The notes beneath the pieces were generated by a model. It worked only from the letters and a program-made list of their open reading frames with translations, did not search any database and was not told the origin of the DNA. A program made the translations under genes and the position numbers. A DNA stretch of 64,000 bases, taken from positions 9,672,001 to 9,736,000 of the forward strand of contig CP075497.1 of assembly GCA_021613535.1 (NCBI GenBank), in the 5' to 3' direction. Below, piece after piece: positions 27,613-41,997 of this stretch. Every line of letters starts with the position of its first letter. Positions within the stretch are counted from its first letter, which is position 1. This stretch comes from Adineta vaga. Its lineage: Eukaryota > Animalia > Rotifera.

Positions 27613-29242
27613 ATGAATTTTAACGACGTTACCGTCAGTTGGCAGGATATATCGGATACAGAGCGTACTGCATTATTGAATAAACGTAGGTTATTTTTTC
27701 ACTTTCATCAATCTGTCATATGACTTAAGTAAAAGAGAAATAGTTATCATGTGACGAAAAAAACAATAGGATTTTTTTATATAATGAATACAAATACATG
27801 TGAGACAGTAGTTATTATGTTGATTTTGGAGACACATATTCTCATTTGAATTTATGTATGATCTAAGATCATTTGGTTTTTAGCATGTCCACCCCGATCC
27901 AAACCCAAAATCCATCCAGTATGTTCTATGAAAACGATACATTTATGATATCCAATCTATCTATAATGCGCTTTTTCTTAGCCACGAAAAACTCCCGATC
28001 GAACTACTTCTCGCGTCTTCAGTATATGTCAATCGGCGGTAATGAATAACCATACGGCACAACGTCCAGTTCGATTGAATAATTTAAAAAAGTAGTTGAT
28101 CTTCTCATGAAAATAAACCCCAATATCATCTGTTGTCTTTTGTTTATTCAATTAGTCATACTATATTGACAAGCTCCAAAGAAAATGTTGATAATGCTTA
28201 TCGAACCATGATTGAATTTACTGAAACATGCAAACGAGAATCCAATAATGATACAATACCAACGTAAATACTCATCGAATGATCTTTTGCTTTTGTTTAC
28301 AATATTTCTTCTATTTTAGAGAAATGCCAATGCCCAAACGTATTCGTTCTTCATCTCCTCCGTCAACTACTGAACAGTGTGCTTCTCCATCAGCCATATC
28401 ACGTTATATTAGTCATGATAGTTATTTAACATTTGTTCCTCCACCAGATCAATTTCTTAAAATTGATAGTAATACAAATACTGATACAGATTTTATTGAT
28501 GATGCTCTATGGGATGATTGGGATTTACCATCAACAACAATAACAAATAAGAAAACACCAGGAAAAATACGAACAATGTCATCACCAGCTGTACATTCGC
28601 GAACGAATCAAATTATTGAAACAATGACTAATATTAATGTACTTGAATCAACTAAATTATCGCAATGTAAACTTAATCCTTTTCAAAAAAAAAAGAAAGA
28701 AAAACAATGCAACTTTATTTCTCTTTCTAGCGTCAATAAAAACATCTTCTTTACAACCGGTGATATCTAATCTTGTTTGGGATGATGATGATGACGATGA
28801 TTTTGTACAATTGTTAAGTCAATTTCCTACTGAATTACCAAATGAACAACCATTAATTACTAATGATTCTATATTGATTTCCACACCAAGTACATATGAT
28901 GATAATTCGACGCGTCTTGATGCAACTCGTCGATCATCAGCAATGTTAACAAAAGACAATCAATCTTTAGTTCATAATACAACAAAAATTGAACTATCTA
29001 GTCAACCAAGTATCAATCAAATTCGCTCATCTATTTCAAGTTTACAACGAGCAAATACTGGTCCATTGTCACCAATAGTAACTCGAAGTACTACAATATC
29101 AAATTCTCCACGTGTGCGATGTGATTCAAGTCATGAAACGAAAAAGAAAATGTGTAGTGAAGCGGAAATTGAACAAAAACGTTTAGCGGCTCTTGCTATT
29201 CGACGTCAACGAGAATTAGAACGGCAACAAAAAAAATCTTAA
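27613..29242 (+). CDS. ETAA1-like RPA-binding ATR activator candidate (multi-exon)
   Basis: C-terminal KKMCSEAEIEQKRLAALAIRRQR resembles the RPA32C-binding helix. Acidic WDDDDDDDFVQLL and DDALWDDWD patches and an N-terminal VSWQDIS are set in an otherwise disordered sequence. Confidence 0.55.
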
Positions 29243-29693
29243 TTCAATGTTCTATGCATGTTTATTTGTTTATTCGTTTGTTTTCTTTTATATATTTGTC
29301 TCGTATTTAGTCAGTCGAAGAAATTTGATTTATGAAGTGAGAGAAAACTATTTTTCTCTGTACAGATTCTTGAATTATCTACGTATGTGTGTGTGTGTGC
29401 CTCATTCTTTTCTTTTTAAGCTTGTCGATACCTTATTTTCTATGGTTTGTTTAGAATCTTGGATTCCATATTTCTTCTCTTTTTCTCATTGTCTTTCTTC
29501 TCTCTTCTACTATTTTGCTGTCAGATGAAACATATGATCAGATTTAAACAAACTGATATAATTATTCTCTTTTTTTGATTAAAGAACAATACAAGATTTT
29601 ATATATGTATGTATTTTGTTTTTCTTTTTCGTTGAGAGGAAGATACATAATCAATACTCGATGATGATGCTATTGAATATTTTCTAATTTCAG

Positions 29694-29948
29694 ATGCGCA
29701 TACGTTTAAAAGAATTCAATGGTGTTGCCGTTTGGAAATGGGTAACAAATGATGATTCATGTGGAATATGTCGAATGCCATTTGATGCTTCATGTTCTGA
29801 ATGTCGATATCCTGGTGATCAATGTCCGGTATTACATGGTGAATGTCGTCATTGTTTTCATGAACATTGTATTATGAAATGGATTAATTCTCAACAAACG
29901 AATAAATTATGTCCAATGTGTCGTGGTGAATGGAAAAGTATACCATAG
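29694..29948 (+). CDS. ANAPC11: Anaphase-promoting complex subunit 11 (RING-H2)
   Basis: VAVWKW...CGICRMPFDASCSECRYPGDQCP...CRHCFHEHCIMKW...CPMCRGEW, 84 aa. Confidence 0.96.
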   Translation: MRIRLKEFNGVAVWKWVTNDDSCGICRMPFDASCSECRYPGDQCPVLHGECRHCFHEHCIMKWINSQQTNKLCPMCRGEWKSIP

Positions 29949-30068
29949 AAGAGAGAAGAAAAAAGATCAATAACAAACAAGAACGTTTTTTTAATCTGAT
30001 TGTGTAGTTTGTTATATATATATATAAATAGTGTGAATTTGTAAAAACAAAAAAGAATAAGGACAATA

Positions 30069-32944
30069 TTAACTTTTATGACGTTGTATCATTAGAAATT
30101 TCATAGAAATTTCGATGACTGGAATATTGTTTATTTTTCGGATAGAAAAAATCCGATGATTGAATACTAAAACGATGCGGTTCTTGTTCATCAATTGCAA
30201 CCAATTGACCAAGATGGTTTGTTCCCTAGAATAATTACCATATGAAATCAATTAAATCATTCGAAAATATAGTTCATACCCATTTCTGACGTGAATGTTC
30301 AAATGAATTAGCTACATTATGTCGTCGATTACTGTATGATGGCGCACCACTACCATTTCGTCCCCACCAATTATTCATTGATTCTGTGTGCTAAAATCAA
30401 ATAGAAAGTTTGTTTTTCTATATGCATCAAGATGGAATAGTTACTTGTAATTCAGCTAGATTATTCTCACGACGATTTAATTTTTGTAATCTTGTACGTT
30501 CTTCAGCTTGTTGAACGAGATCATTATGTAAACTACGACTGTCTTCCGAACGATGTCGTGTACGAGAATCGACAAATTTCTGATTTCAAGCAAACGAAAA
30601 GATATACATTATAAGAAATGATTTTTATATTACAAATCATTAGAAAGTTTCAAATACATTGAAGTGAACACATTATTTTCTAAATACCTCTCGTGCTGTT
30701 TCTCTTGTTGGTGAATAAAATTTCAATGGATAGTTAGTTTTATTAAGTTGACTAATCCATTCCACCGTATTTCCTATCTAGAAAAAGATTAGTTAATAGA
30801 TGAGTAAATATTAGATTAAATTTCAAATTCAAAGCAAATTAATTAAACAGAAAGTACACAAGATTAGTCAAAAGCACATCTCTTATGTCAAAAACACTCA
30901 TCCAAGAAAACGTTTGACAACCATTACTTTTTATTAGATATTTTCTTTGAGATATTCACTCGACAAATGTTTTTCTCATTAGGCAAAACAAATGTTCTGT
31001 TATTTTTTAATAATATCTACTAATAGTTGCAAGGCTGATTAGTAAAAGCTTTTTGTGATTATAATTTATATTTACATTCGTTCGATGTTCGATGTCTTCT
31101 TGTTGACGACGTTTTTGTTCTAATTCAAGATCACGTTTTTGATCTTCAATATTGTGTATATATTGATTTTGATGATAACCAAGTGGACCAGTACGATGCT
31201 GTGTGTAGAAGAAAATTAAACAAAGATAAATAATATCCACAAGAATAACAAGAAAAAATACCAATTTATCTTGTAAACTACCAGAATATCGTGTGTATTT
31301 TTGGCCTGTTGGAGCATGAATTAATGGAGCTCCAGCTCCTGGACGTCCCCATGGATCATAGAGATCTAATTCAGTAATGGAATTAAACACATTTTGTCCA
31401 TCTTTATTTGGATCTATATAGATAATAAATTCATTTCAAGTTTTATTAATCCATTCTGACATTTTTTCTATTTACCAAATGAGGAAAATGGATCATGAGC
31501 ATCTCTTTTCGTTAATTGCAAAGAACTACTGGTAGATCCATTTAGATTTGATTGTTTATTCTAAGGTAAATAAACACAAAACTTTGTAATTAATTTCGAC
31601 GATATTTTAGTGCAAAAAAACATTTCTGTAACATAATACTCATTCATTAAGAACACGGAAAATGATCGTCATTATAATAATACATCAAAATATCAAATAT
31701 ATTTTCTTACTAATCTAGGTCATTTTCATTGACACGTCGAATAATTGAAAGGTAATTCAGACTAGTAAAGTTAGTGTCATTCCTATAGAAATAATGCCTT
31801 TACTAATCGATTTTTTTGTAAGCAGAAACAAAAATACTAATGAATGTATCTGCCATTACAGAGATGTGTATCTCTAGTGTTCTGATGTTTTTTTTTATCA
31901 AGTAATCGAATTGTTTTCCAAGTGAAACAACATGTCTGTCTACTTCTGTAAATGTGTCATTACTGAATCTTTTACGACTATAACTTGATAGGACAAATAC
32001 AAATGTCTCATCTGTTCACTTACTGAACCATAGAGTCGTTGAAAATCAAAATTATTATTTGATATTTGTGGTTGAGTTAAAGAATGAATTGAATAATTAT
32101 CATATATTGGTTGTGCTGTTGAACTATTCATTATTGATGATGTATTATCAAGAAGATATGTTTCTGTTGTACGCGGTTGATAATGAAGTGCGTACTGTGA
32201 AGGCGCTTCTAATACTGGTGATGGTGCACGACCTTTAGTTAAGATTTCTTCCAATTCTTGTTTATCTAATGAAATAATTTTTCATTTTATTCTTATTATT
32301 TGATTTATATGAACGATTCAATCCTTACTAATAACTGTCGTTCGATTATGTCTTCCAAATGGTTGATGTTGAACCTGTACAGGTAGTGAAGAATGTATAC
32401 ATATATAAATGTTTGTTTGTCTTAGAAACTCGTTTTCTTTTCTTTGTTAAAAAAGAAAACGGAGAGAAAAAAAACGAAAGAAAAAGAAAAAAGAAGGACG
32501 AATTCATGTAGGCTGTCAAAGTGGCGTTGTCGTCGTTTTAAAATCAATTAAAAGAAAAAGAAAATCGACTCACATATTGCTTTTCTCGTTCAATTTTCTT
32601 TTCCCATTCTTGAGCTAATCGTTGCTGTTTTTCTGTTACTTGCTTGTCTACGATACACTAATTGAATGTGACAGAGAAAAAACAAGGAAATGAGTTATTT
32701 TGTACTTACCAAGTTCGATTTTATATTTGAGTTTTTCAATATTTGAGGGTGACAAAGATTGAAGAATCTGAGGGTTTTCATAGGATGATGAATAATATGT
32801 TGTATCATTTTGTCCACCATATGTAGATATGGAAGAAGCTTGCGTAGAATTAGCCATTAATGAAGCAGTTCGTTTCAGACGAGATGTTCGTATAAAAGAA
32901 TCAAGATCGTTTTCGATTGGTAAACTAGAAAGGATAGAATTCAC
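30069..32944 (-). CDS. CSPP1/CCDC66-like ciliary/centrosomal coiled-coil protein (multi-exon, ends approximate)
   Basis: YKIEL..QVTEKQQR coiled coil; YDPWGRPGAGAPL and NNWWGRNGSGAPS motifs; LHNDLVQQAEER. Confidence 0.55.
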
Positions 32945-34932
32945 TTAATTTAGTAGTGATTTTTAAGGCAAATATACAACAATCATTTCAATTCTCTTAA
33001 ATGAAACGATGCATACAACATATTTCAGTATTCTTTTTTGAATCATTAAAAATTTCCTTTCATTTGTCTATATTAATCTACAAAAGAAAATAAAAGACAA
33101 TAATTAGTTAGCTGAATATGAACTAACTACTGAAATATAAATAATGAACTTGATGAAATCTTTTGTTCAATACATTTTAACATTTACCTTCAGTTGTGTC
33201 TTTTTTGCTTGAGAGAAATCTGACAATAATTGATCGGTTCTGTTCGGAAAATCAGAATGTATATTTATGTGTTAGCAACCGAGAGAATTGAGAAGAGAAG
33301 AAAATGCGAATAAAATATCTTAACTTTGTTTTTACCCGTAACTAGTATTCCGGAAAATATAAAAAGGAATGGTATTAGAATCAAATAACGATTGATTGTA
33401 TACTACCAGTGTTGCTACTAAAATTGTTTTTTTTTGCATACCTGTCAACAAAATCAAGGTTGACAAGATCGATAAATGTATGTCAAATAAAGATCGAAGA
33501 AATCTTTATTTGTTAGAATATATTTAGCTAAATCGACGAATGATTTGTTTATTTATTTTCCCTGAATTATATGATTGCTTATCTATGATGTTAATGAAGC
33601 TTGTTTGTTGTTTAGATATTTATTATACTGAAAGAGAAGAATTCTTTTTCGGATATCCGTATATGTTGATAAGATATGGTTCAATTCATTTCGATAAGTT
33701 CTTTAAACACGGCTTAGAATGATGTGAATGTCATCATCAAGTACTCTTTGCTATTAACTATTGATGAAAGAAAGAAGAAAACTCCAATCAGAGAAAAGAA
33801 GAGAAGAGAAGAGAAGGATGTTTTGTTCTTTATTTTAGCGTAAGACTATATATGTCTTATTCTATATTCATACTAATAACATTCTTACCGAACTGTTGGT
33901 TAGAAGATTTTCTTTTTCTTGAATGTTTTCAGTCTACAGCACATATTATATTGAGATAATTTCAGTCTTTTGTCGCACATAACAACATATTCCCTTACAC
34001 AGTTGGTGATCTTCTTTTTATACTATTGCAAACAAGATCAAATCAATTAGAATGACTTGTTTCTTTTATTATTCATTCATTTTATGAATTCAAAGCATTC
34101 TTTACTCTCATCATAGGTAACATACATATAATTGTCGACTCATAGTATTAAAGAGCATTCTTATGTATTTTTCGACGAAATAGATATTGAGAAAATTATT
34201 CACTAGAGAATCACAGAACGCTGTGATTCCTATCTTCATATTCTTCTTTTCAAGGATATTTTTTTTTGTTCTTTTTGTCACTGGAAATTCTTTGACTGCC
34301 TACATACATTCTAATACCAATGTGACAATCATATTCAAGTATGATTTCAATAGAAGAGTCGTTATGTTCGCTGTTCGATTAGGACTTTCCACGTCAAACT
34401 GATTATTTGACACGTAATCAGTGACTTTCTAGACAAAAATAAAAAAACATTTAACTTTTTATATGTCGATATTTAAAAACAAAAACGTGCGTGAATAATT
34501 TTCTTTTCTCAATATCCACAAATAATTAACCTAATTTATTTTATTAGTGCATCGTCGATATTTTCATCCTACGAGATTAATTATTATTTTTTTGAACTTT
34601 ATCATGCACTTTTTTCTGAACAGATCAAAGTATAGCCTGAATATATAACGTCATCTTATTTCAGACAAAGTACATCAAGGTAGTTATTTCCTTTGCTTGA
34701 ATTCTTTTGCTGAAGTGTCTCTTCTCAAATCAGGTGTACATAAGAGATGACGAAGAAAGGAAACATATTCAGATCATTTCTTCTACTATGCGCAATGGCA
34801 GAAAGAAAAGGTAACTTCTTCTTCTTTTTTCTTTTCCTTTTAGTCAAGCATACTGCTTCAGAACAAACAAGAAAGTGTCTAATTGATCTTTTCTTTTTCT
34901 ACTCTAGATATTCATGTTCACATTGAGATGAA

Positions 34933-36866
34933 ATGACATTTCCTCAATTTATCGATCTTTTTCGAAGAGTAATTGCAACAATTTGTTGTATCTTTGGATT
35001 ACCAGGAAATATTCTAACAATTATTGTGTGCATCAATGCATTATGCCATCGAACAATCAATTTCGAACGAAAGGTTTTCAATCTTTACCTTGCAGAAATA
35101 TCAATCTTAGGTACGGAATGTTTCTTAAGTACTTTTCTAGTTCATTAATTATGCTGAATTTTATCCGAATTATTTTTATTGTAAAAGTCCGTTAAATCTT
35201 CTTTTAAATCTAAAGCTTATCTATTCCAGAGAATCCAATCGAATAAAATTGTATTATATGAGAATAACTTGACATTGTCATGGAATAGGTTTCAATTTTT
35301 AGAAGGAAGATCATGTCAGAACTTTTCTTTACTAGAAATTCAACGATGAAATGTTCATATGTAATTATATTTCAGTTAAAAGAAAGTAAATAAATAAATC
35401 ATTTTTGTCGATACTTCATATCTCTCTTGAGAACAAGAAAAACGACTTCTAGTTAGTTACACTTTCATCGATAGCATCAAACATCATCAAGGCACTATTT
35501 TTACGCAGCTGTTACAGAAATATTAGATGAGAAATGATCTTACCTCAGAGTTTTCTTTTTCCTTTCGAAAGATTGATGTTTGACTGTGTAATGGATACAT
35601 AGAACAGGATTAATAATACGATTTTCTTCGTTTATATCATATGAATAAAAAAAGTAATCAATTATTCGTAATTTGCATGATGATGGATTACAGGAGATAG
35701 AATTGTTCCATAGTTTATTCTGTAATTATTTCAATAATGCCATGAATCAGAACTAAATCTTTTGATTAAAAAAATGTTGTTTTTTTTGTTTATAAATAGA
35801 TACTTGTTTATTGCTTTATTGGGTAATTGAAACATTATTTCATTATTTGTATTCAATAAACAAAAGTCAATATTTTTCTCTCATGCACATCTCACCATTT
35901 TCATGTTTCTTTTTCTATATGATCAATCGCTTATTTGCTGCACTTTGTTCATGGTTAATTACATGTTTTACATTTATTCGATTTATTAATATATTTCAAC
36001 AATTAAATACGATTCGTTCGAATATAATTCTTGTTATTTGTTTAACAATTATATTTTCGATCGCAAATAGTTATTTAATGGTTACATTAGATTTTGATGG
36101 AGGTAATTCAATTCAATCCTATGAAAATTCTTCCATTGGTTTTGCTAATTCTTCTCTTCATACTCCAACGAAATGTCATATACGTGATGAATACAGTGAT
36201 AATCAATTAACATTATTATTAAATACACTTGTAGCTGGAGTTCTTAATCTTGCTCTCCCATCAATGTTAACATTAATTGTCAATATAGCAATTGTATGTT
36301 ATATAAAACGTATTTACGAAATACAAACACAGTTTGATCCAATTCCTCGACGTTCAGATAATTCTGGACTGAACTATCGATCGACACGTTCAACATTACT
36401 TGTTATATCAATAACGTATACATTATGTTATTTACCCTATTGTATTATTTTTCTTCTTTTAATACAATTCGATTCAAATAGTACGCTAATTTATTGCTCG
36501 AAAATCGCCTTTGTTCTTCGTTATATTAGTCATTCAATAAATTTTTATGCTTATATATTTACTAATCAACGTTTTCGTCGTGATATTCTTGTATTATTAC
36601 GTTCAATCTATCGACCATGTTCATTTATAAAAGAACGTAATCGAGAACGAAAGAAAGATCAACGAAAACAATTAATGCTACAACATTATCGTCCACCACC
36701 AATGTTATCATCAAAATACACACCAGCGAATCTTATTTCTACTCAACGAAAACAACAACAACATTTGACAACGCCAGACTTTAATTTTCAAAGATCAAAA
36801 CCACTTTTAGTTTCTTTAGCACCATCGAGTGTATCAGATAAGTCTATCATCAAAGCACATATTTAA
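34933..36866 (+). CDS. Class A (rhodopsin-like) GPCR, peptide-receptor-like, 2 exons
   Basis: TM1 FGLPGNILT, TM2 YLAEISILD, TM3 FTFIRF at the DRY position, TM5 LALPS, TM6 LCYLPY, TM7 SHSINFYAY, helix 8 NQRFRRD. Confidence 0.85.
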
Positions 36867-39027
36867 GATATAATTCCCCTTTTGAAATAAATCGATGCTT
36901 TAATAGAGAAGAAGAAGAAGAAGAATATCAATTAATTAAGATTTAAAAGTAACTTCCTTGACATATATATATATATATCAACCGATAAATTTTCTTATCA
37001 TGAAACGGAAAACTATCTTCTATTACATGAGCACTTCCTCTATTCACACGATAATCGATCTTTCTCGTGATAAAAAACATTTCTTTATAAATTTCCTTCA
37101 AACATAATCTTGATCTCTAAATAATTAATACTGACTCACAGCCACACTACTTTCCATCGAAATAGTACTATACATTATCTCAGAAAGAAAATCTATTCGA
37201 ATATTCTTTTGTTTCATACTTAAAAGCAACTTCCTGTCTATCATAATAGCTTAACACAATTATGGACATGTGTTTAGAAATATGACTTGTTTATTATAAT
37301 TCTTTTCTAATTTTAGATGAAGAGAAAAGCAATTGACAGTTACACATGAACTAAATGAAGTTCAATTGAAGATCAATGTTATGTAGATTTCTTGTTAATA
37401 AGATGCAGCATATTAAATGTATTTGTCAGAAATGTCGTACCAACTCAACACCATATAACTCAGAGGAGAAGAAACTGACTTGAATGTTCTATACGAAAAA
37501 AATTGTCATAGAGTTTGAAACAAACTTTGTAAGACAGCTATAATTTAATCGTGACTAATATTAAATGCATGTGTAGGCGTAGTTTGAGTTAAGCAAGTAC
37601 GGCGATGATAATTTATTTATAGGTCAAGTGTGAGAAAAGAAATATTGAGATATTTTTTGCTTACAATGGTGATATTAGTTATTAATGTGTAGTTTTAGCC
37701 ATTCGTGCTACCTACAAGATTAAGAACAATCTATTTCTAATTGCTGATTAGATTGAATTTCTTTAGAGTGCACTTTATTTTCACAAGATCTGGAACTTGA
37801 GAGATTACATTTTCAGTATATACAAGAAAAAAAAGAAGTAGATTAATGATATATAATTCATCTGTCAAATGTTGTTCCACTCGATGAGACAAAATCACAT
37901 ACCTTGCTTATGATATCGTAATAGACCCAGTCGCTTCTTTTTCTTTCCAGAAACTTTCCTAGACAACTATATAAAAATAATCTTCAAGTCACAAAACAAG
38001 AATAGACCAGTCTGTGATTAAGTCTTCATAGTCTCACTCTAACACCATACTTATAATCTAAAATTAAACAAAGAAATTCTCTCGAGTTATCGATAGTATG
38101 GCTTGAATAACCGTCCTAAACATCTATTCAATGCTCTATGTTATTCAGAAGCATTCCAATTTTCAATAAGAATGTTATTCTGGAAAAGAATACGTAGTAA
38201 TACTTTTCTTTGGCACTTGCCATACTAAAATTCATCAATATGTAATCTAATATAATAGAAGGTACTTATTTGCCATGCGATACTAAGCGCAAGTGTTTTT
38301 ATCAAGAGAGAAGACAATTTCGAAACTGAAAATCGGCAGGAGATTACTTCATTACATATTTAGGAATACCATTCGACATATCCTCTCGTTCTAATAATAC
38401 TTTAACTCAATAACAAGTTGGTTCTCTATTCAAAGTCATAAATATTACAACCGGATACTATACATAAGCTCTAAAGCAACAATGACTATTATCCTCCATC
38501 AAACTAAAATCTAGTCAATTGCGCACTTTTGCTTTTATTATCGCCTTTTTAAAAACTTAAAAATAAATAAAATCATTCATGCAATAGATTCATTATCAAA
38601 AATGCAATAGTATACTTAGCAATTATAAATACCCTGGAATGCTATTAGACATTTCTAATAATATAAAAAACCTTTAGCTCTTATAAACTATTTCTGGGTA
38701 ATATGATTCAAATATTTTTCCGGTACTTTTTCTTCGCATTTGTCTTTAAGGATATTTTACATCTTTAGTACATGATATATAAAAATGTTTTGATTTGTTT
38801 CTTTTCTTTATTTACTTTCAAATATCAGGCACAAGAAAAGCTACATACATAAACGGAAAAAAAGTGAAAAGACATTTAAAAAAGTCCTGCTGAGAATAAT
38901 ATAACTGGTGATTTGTAACCATTGCTTGATTAGATACAAAGAAGAACGAAATATCTTCTATTCTATGGTGAATGAAGATGAAAGAGAATAACTACAGAAA
39001 TATGACAAAGATCAAATCGATGCTTAT

Positions 39028-40161
39028 TTACTAAAATAAATAAATAAATAAATAAGAAATAATATTTCATTTCTAAATGATATCTATGAACTTACATAGG
39101 TCTTTTTAGCTTTACCAGCAGCTTTGTCAGCACCAGATTTGACACTATCTGCGCCACTTTTCACTGCATCACGAGCTTTATTAATAGTTGCATCAGCCGT
39201 GCGTTTTGAATCAGATGAGAGATCTTCTTTCTACAAAGGCAAAAGAATTCATTAAAAAACTTAAATCATATGTCATAAAGATTTACTTTATCTTTGGCCC
39301 AATCAGCTGCTTTATTGGCTGCATCTACATTCAATTTCTAAGATTAAATTTCTAAGATTTAAAGTTAGACTTACTTTTAGCAGTACTGGCGACGTCATCA
39401 GCGACTATAAATTGATAAAAAGGAAATAAAAACCTTTATAAAGTATATTCAATATATTTACCTTCACGGGCTTTGTTTGCAGCTTGATTAGCATAATTTT
39501 GAGCTGTTGAACTAGCTGATTTAGCCTTAAAAAAAGAAAATAATCAAAATTCCTAATAATCTTTCTGTATATAAACATACGGTTGATTTAGCTTGTTGTG
39601 CAAATTCACTAGCTTTATCTTTTACTTTATCAGTAGTAGTTTGACCACTGCTGAAACTACCAGAACGTGGTGGACTGCTAGTATTTCCGTATCCGGAACG
39701 ATTTTTAGCTTCATTAGCGGCATCACGAAAATTATCAGCAGCACGGTCACCTAAAAGCAAAATACAATATTTTTCTTTCTCTGAAAGTTAATATTAAGAT
39801 AAATACTAACCATGTCTTTTTGCTTCATCAACTTTTTGATCTAGAACGAAATCATTCATATAGTTATGTTCTTGATAGGAAAGATCCACTTACTGGCATT
39901 GTTATCGCCTGTAACAGCACCAACAACTGTTGATGTAGCACTGCTAACAGCTTCTTTGACTTTTTCAGCAGCTTGACCGAGTTGATCAACACCTTGTTTA
40001 ACATAATCCATTGGACCTTTGCTTTGTCCAGTGGCAAGTGTTCGCACAAAACTTGTTTGTACGACTAGAAAATATTAGAGAAAATTTATTGGAAAATAAT
40101 ATTTTCAATTCAAAATACCTCGTGAACCGAAAAGGAAAGTACGTGTAAGACTACTAGCCAT
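39028..40161 (-). CDS. Group 3-like LEA (late embryogenesis abundant) protein with a mitochondrial presequence, 8-9 exons
   Basis: MASSLTRTFLFGSRVVQTSFVRTLATG (Arg/Ser/Thr-rich, no acidic residues), then A/K/D/E/Q-rich amphipathic repeats such as AAEKVKEAVSS, TTDKVKDKASE and AANKAADWAKDK; no Cys. Confidence 0.8.
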
Positions 40162-40297
40162 TTTAAGTACTGTTCGTTAATTTAATAAATGTAGAAATAG
40201 ACAGAAAATTGAAATCTAAAAAGTAAGTAAAATATAATCATTTGGTAGTACGTCGTCGATCTTAGTGAAATGGCAAAAATAAGAAAATGATTTGATA

Positions 40298-40355
40298 GTT
40301 ATATATAGTTTATACTTCTTACTCTGTTTCCTATTCCACGTGGAATTTCCACGTG
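40298..40355 (-). promoter_or_regulatory. TATA-like box with two upstream CACGTG E-boxes (14-bp palindrome) before the LEA gene
   Basis: TATATA at ~40300-40307; ATTCCACGTGGAAT at 40333-40346; second CACGTG at 40350-40355. Confidence 0.5.
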
Positions 40356-41997
40356 ATGAACTTTTTCATCTTTGAGTACAAAAATTAAGTTGGCAATGAT
40401 TTTCGTTTGGAAAAGAATGAGGATTAGACAAGTGAAGGAAAAAACTGAAAGTGTGGTTCAAATGGAAAGAGTCGATGAATTATATGTATCTGTGAGTAAA
40501 AATGCTCGAAGCAAAAGGGTTATAAACAAATGAAGCAGACAGTACAGTACAGTGCAACGAGCACGCAACCACATACACAACCGAAAAAGTGACATCTGTT
40601 GGGTAATCTAAGTGGATGCGATTATTTAAATATCACTATCTACAATATCTACAAGGTTACGAAGTGAAGACGGTGATATGGTTATTCACTATTGATTTGC
40701 TTCTTTATCGTTTTATCCAAAGAGAGGAGAATTTGAAATATTTTAATTGGTTCTCAATTTTACTTTTTATTCTATTAGGATCGATCGGTGATAATTTCCT
40801 TCATTGATTGCTCTTTTTTTTAAAATATTAATATCAACGATATTCATGTATTTAAACGTTTATTCAAAGATATGTTCACAAATTAGTGACATCTGTAAAA
40901 GTCTTCTAATTTTGTCATATATCGTCGTTCTACCGCCATATGTACTATCAATATAAATATCCTAAAACCAATCAACATTCCCAGAAAACATATTACAACA
41001 ATGAATGACTATTACATCTCCTTCTTGTTCTCGTTGAAAAAACACTACTATCTGTCGATTTCATGGATTGATGAACATGTTCTAATGAATATAACTAATA
41101 TGAGATAATCGTGAAATGACAATTGTTTGTTTGATGATCCACATATATACATTCCTTTCGTTTTCAAGATTGATTGCAATAGAATTACGACAATAAAATT
41201 GATTTTTGATAAACTCTATATGAATCAAAATTCGACCATATTACAACCGCCCAATTCCTTCGTTCAAAGTCGCTTGGGAGGTGGGCAAATGATTTTTCGG
41301 AAACAATATGCTATACGGAACAATATAGAGACTAGGAGAATCACGAGTATCTGCTGTTTTTCTTTGTTTTTACATGTATATCTCCTATGAGTAATTTGTT
41401 CACGGAACTGTGAACAGTTGTTATAGATATTGGATACGAAACAGAAGAACATTCGTCGTGGGAAAATTCCTAGATGAATCTACATACTATGCTCGACTAT
41501 TGATTTGAAACTAAATAGTAAAACTTCAAAACAAGGTATAAATACAGTCTTGATTCAATTTCTCAGATAAACTTGAAGGAAGAATAGAACAAAAACTGAG
41601 TAATCTATTAATTAATAGCTAACATCTAGAGAATTAAAAGCATTTAAAGTTGTTGTTTTCTTTCCTTAGACAAATATTTTACTTGTAGATAAATTTCATA
41701 AAGTTCATTCTACAATAATATACACATATGGACACATTTAATCTAGGTGAAGCATATATTTCGAAAGAACAAGATGTCGCTTCATATTGATGTTCCTAAA
41801 ATTAATTCGAATTTCTTACACACTATTGGTTTTTAAACATTTTTCGCACCCTCTCCCTACTTAATAAAGAAAATCTATCGATATATATATATATCGAAAC
41901 TATTTTTCCCCAATATTTTCACTTCGTAACACACTGATTATATCTTCTTATAAAATCTTTTTTTCAAACAACTCTTATTATTTTCTAACTAAAAGTA

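Noticed and set aside
37300-38500. Possible decayed coding or transposon sequence between the GPCR and LEA genes
   Set aside because: No recognisable motifs, terminal repeats or target-site duplications.
9554-40161. A desiccation gene cluster of TPS, CISD3, ETAA1-like and LEA
   Set aside because: The genes are spread over 30 kb among unrelated housekeeping genes; co-location is not evidence of a cluster.
40880-41480. Coding-like fragments upstream of Argonaute
   Set aside because: Stops occur in all frames and no family could be assigned from sequence alone.
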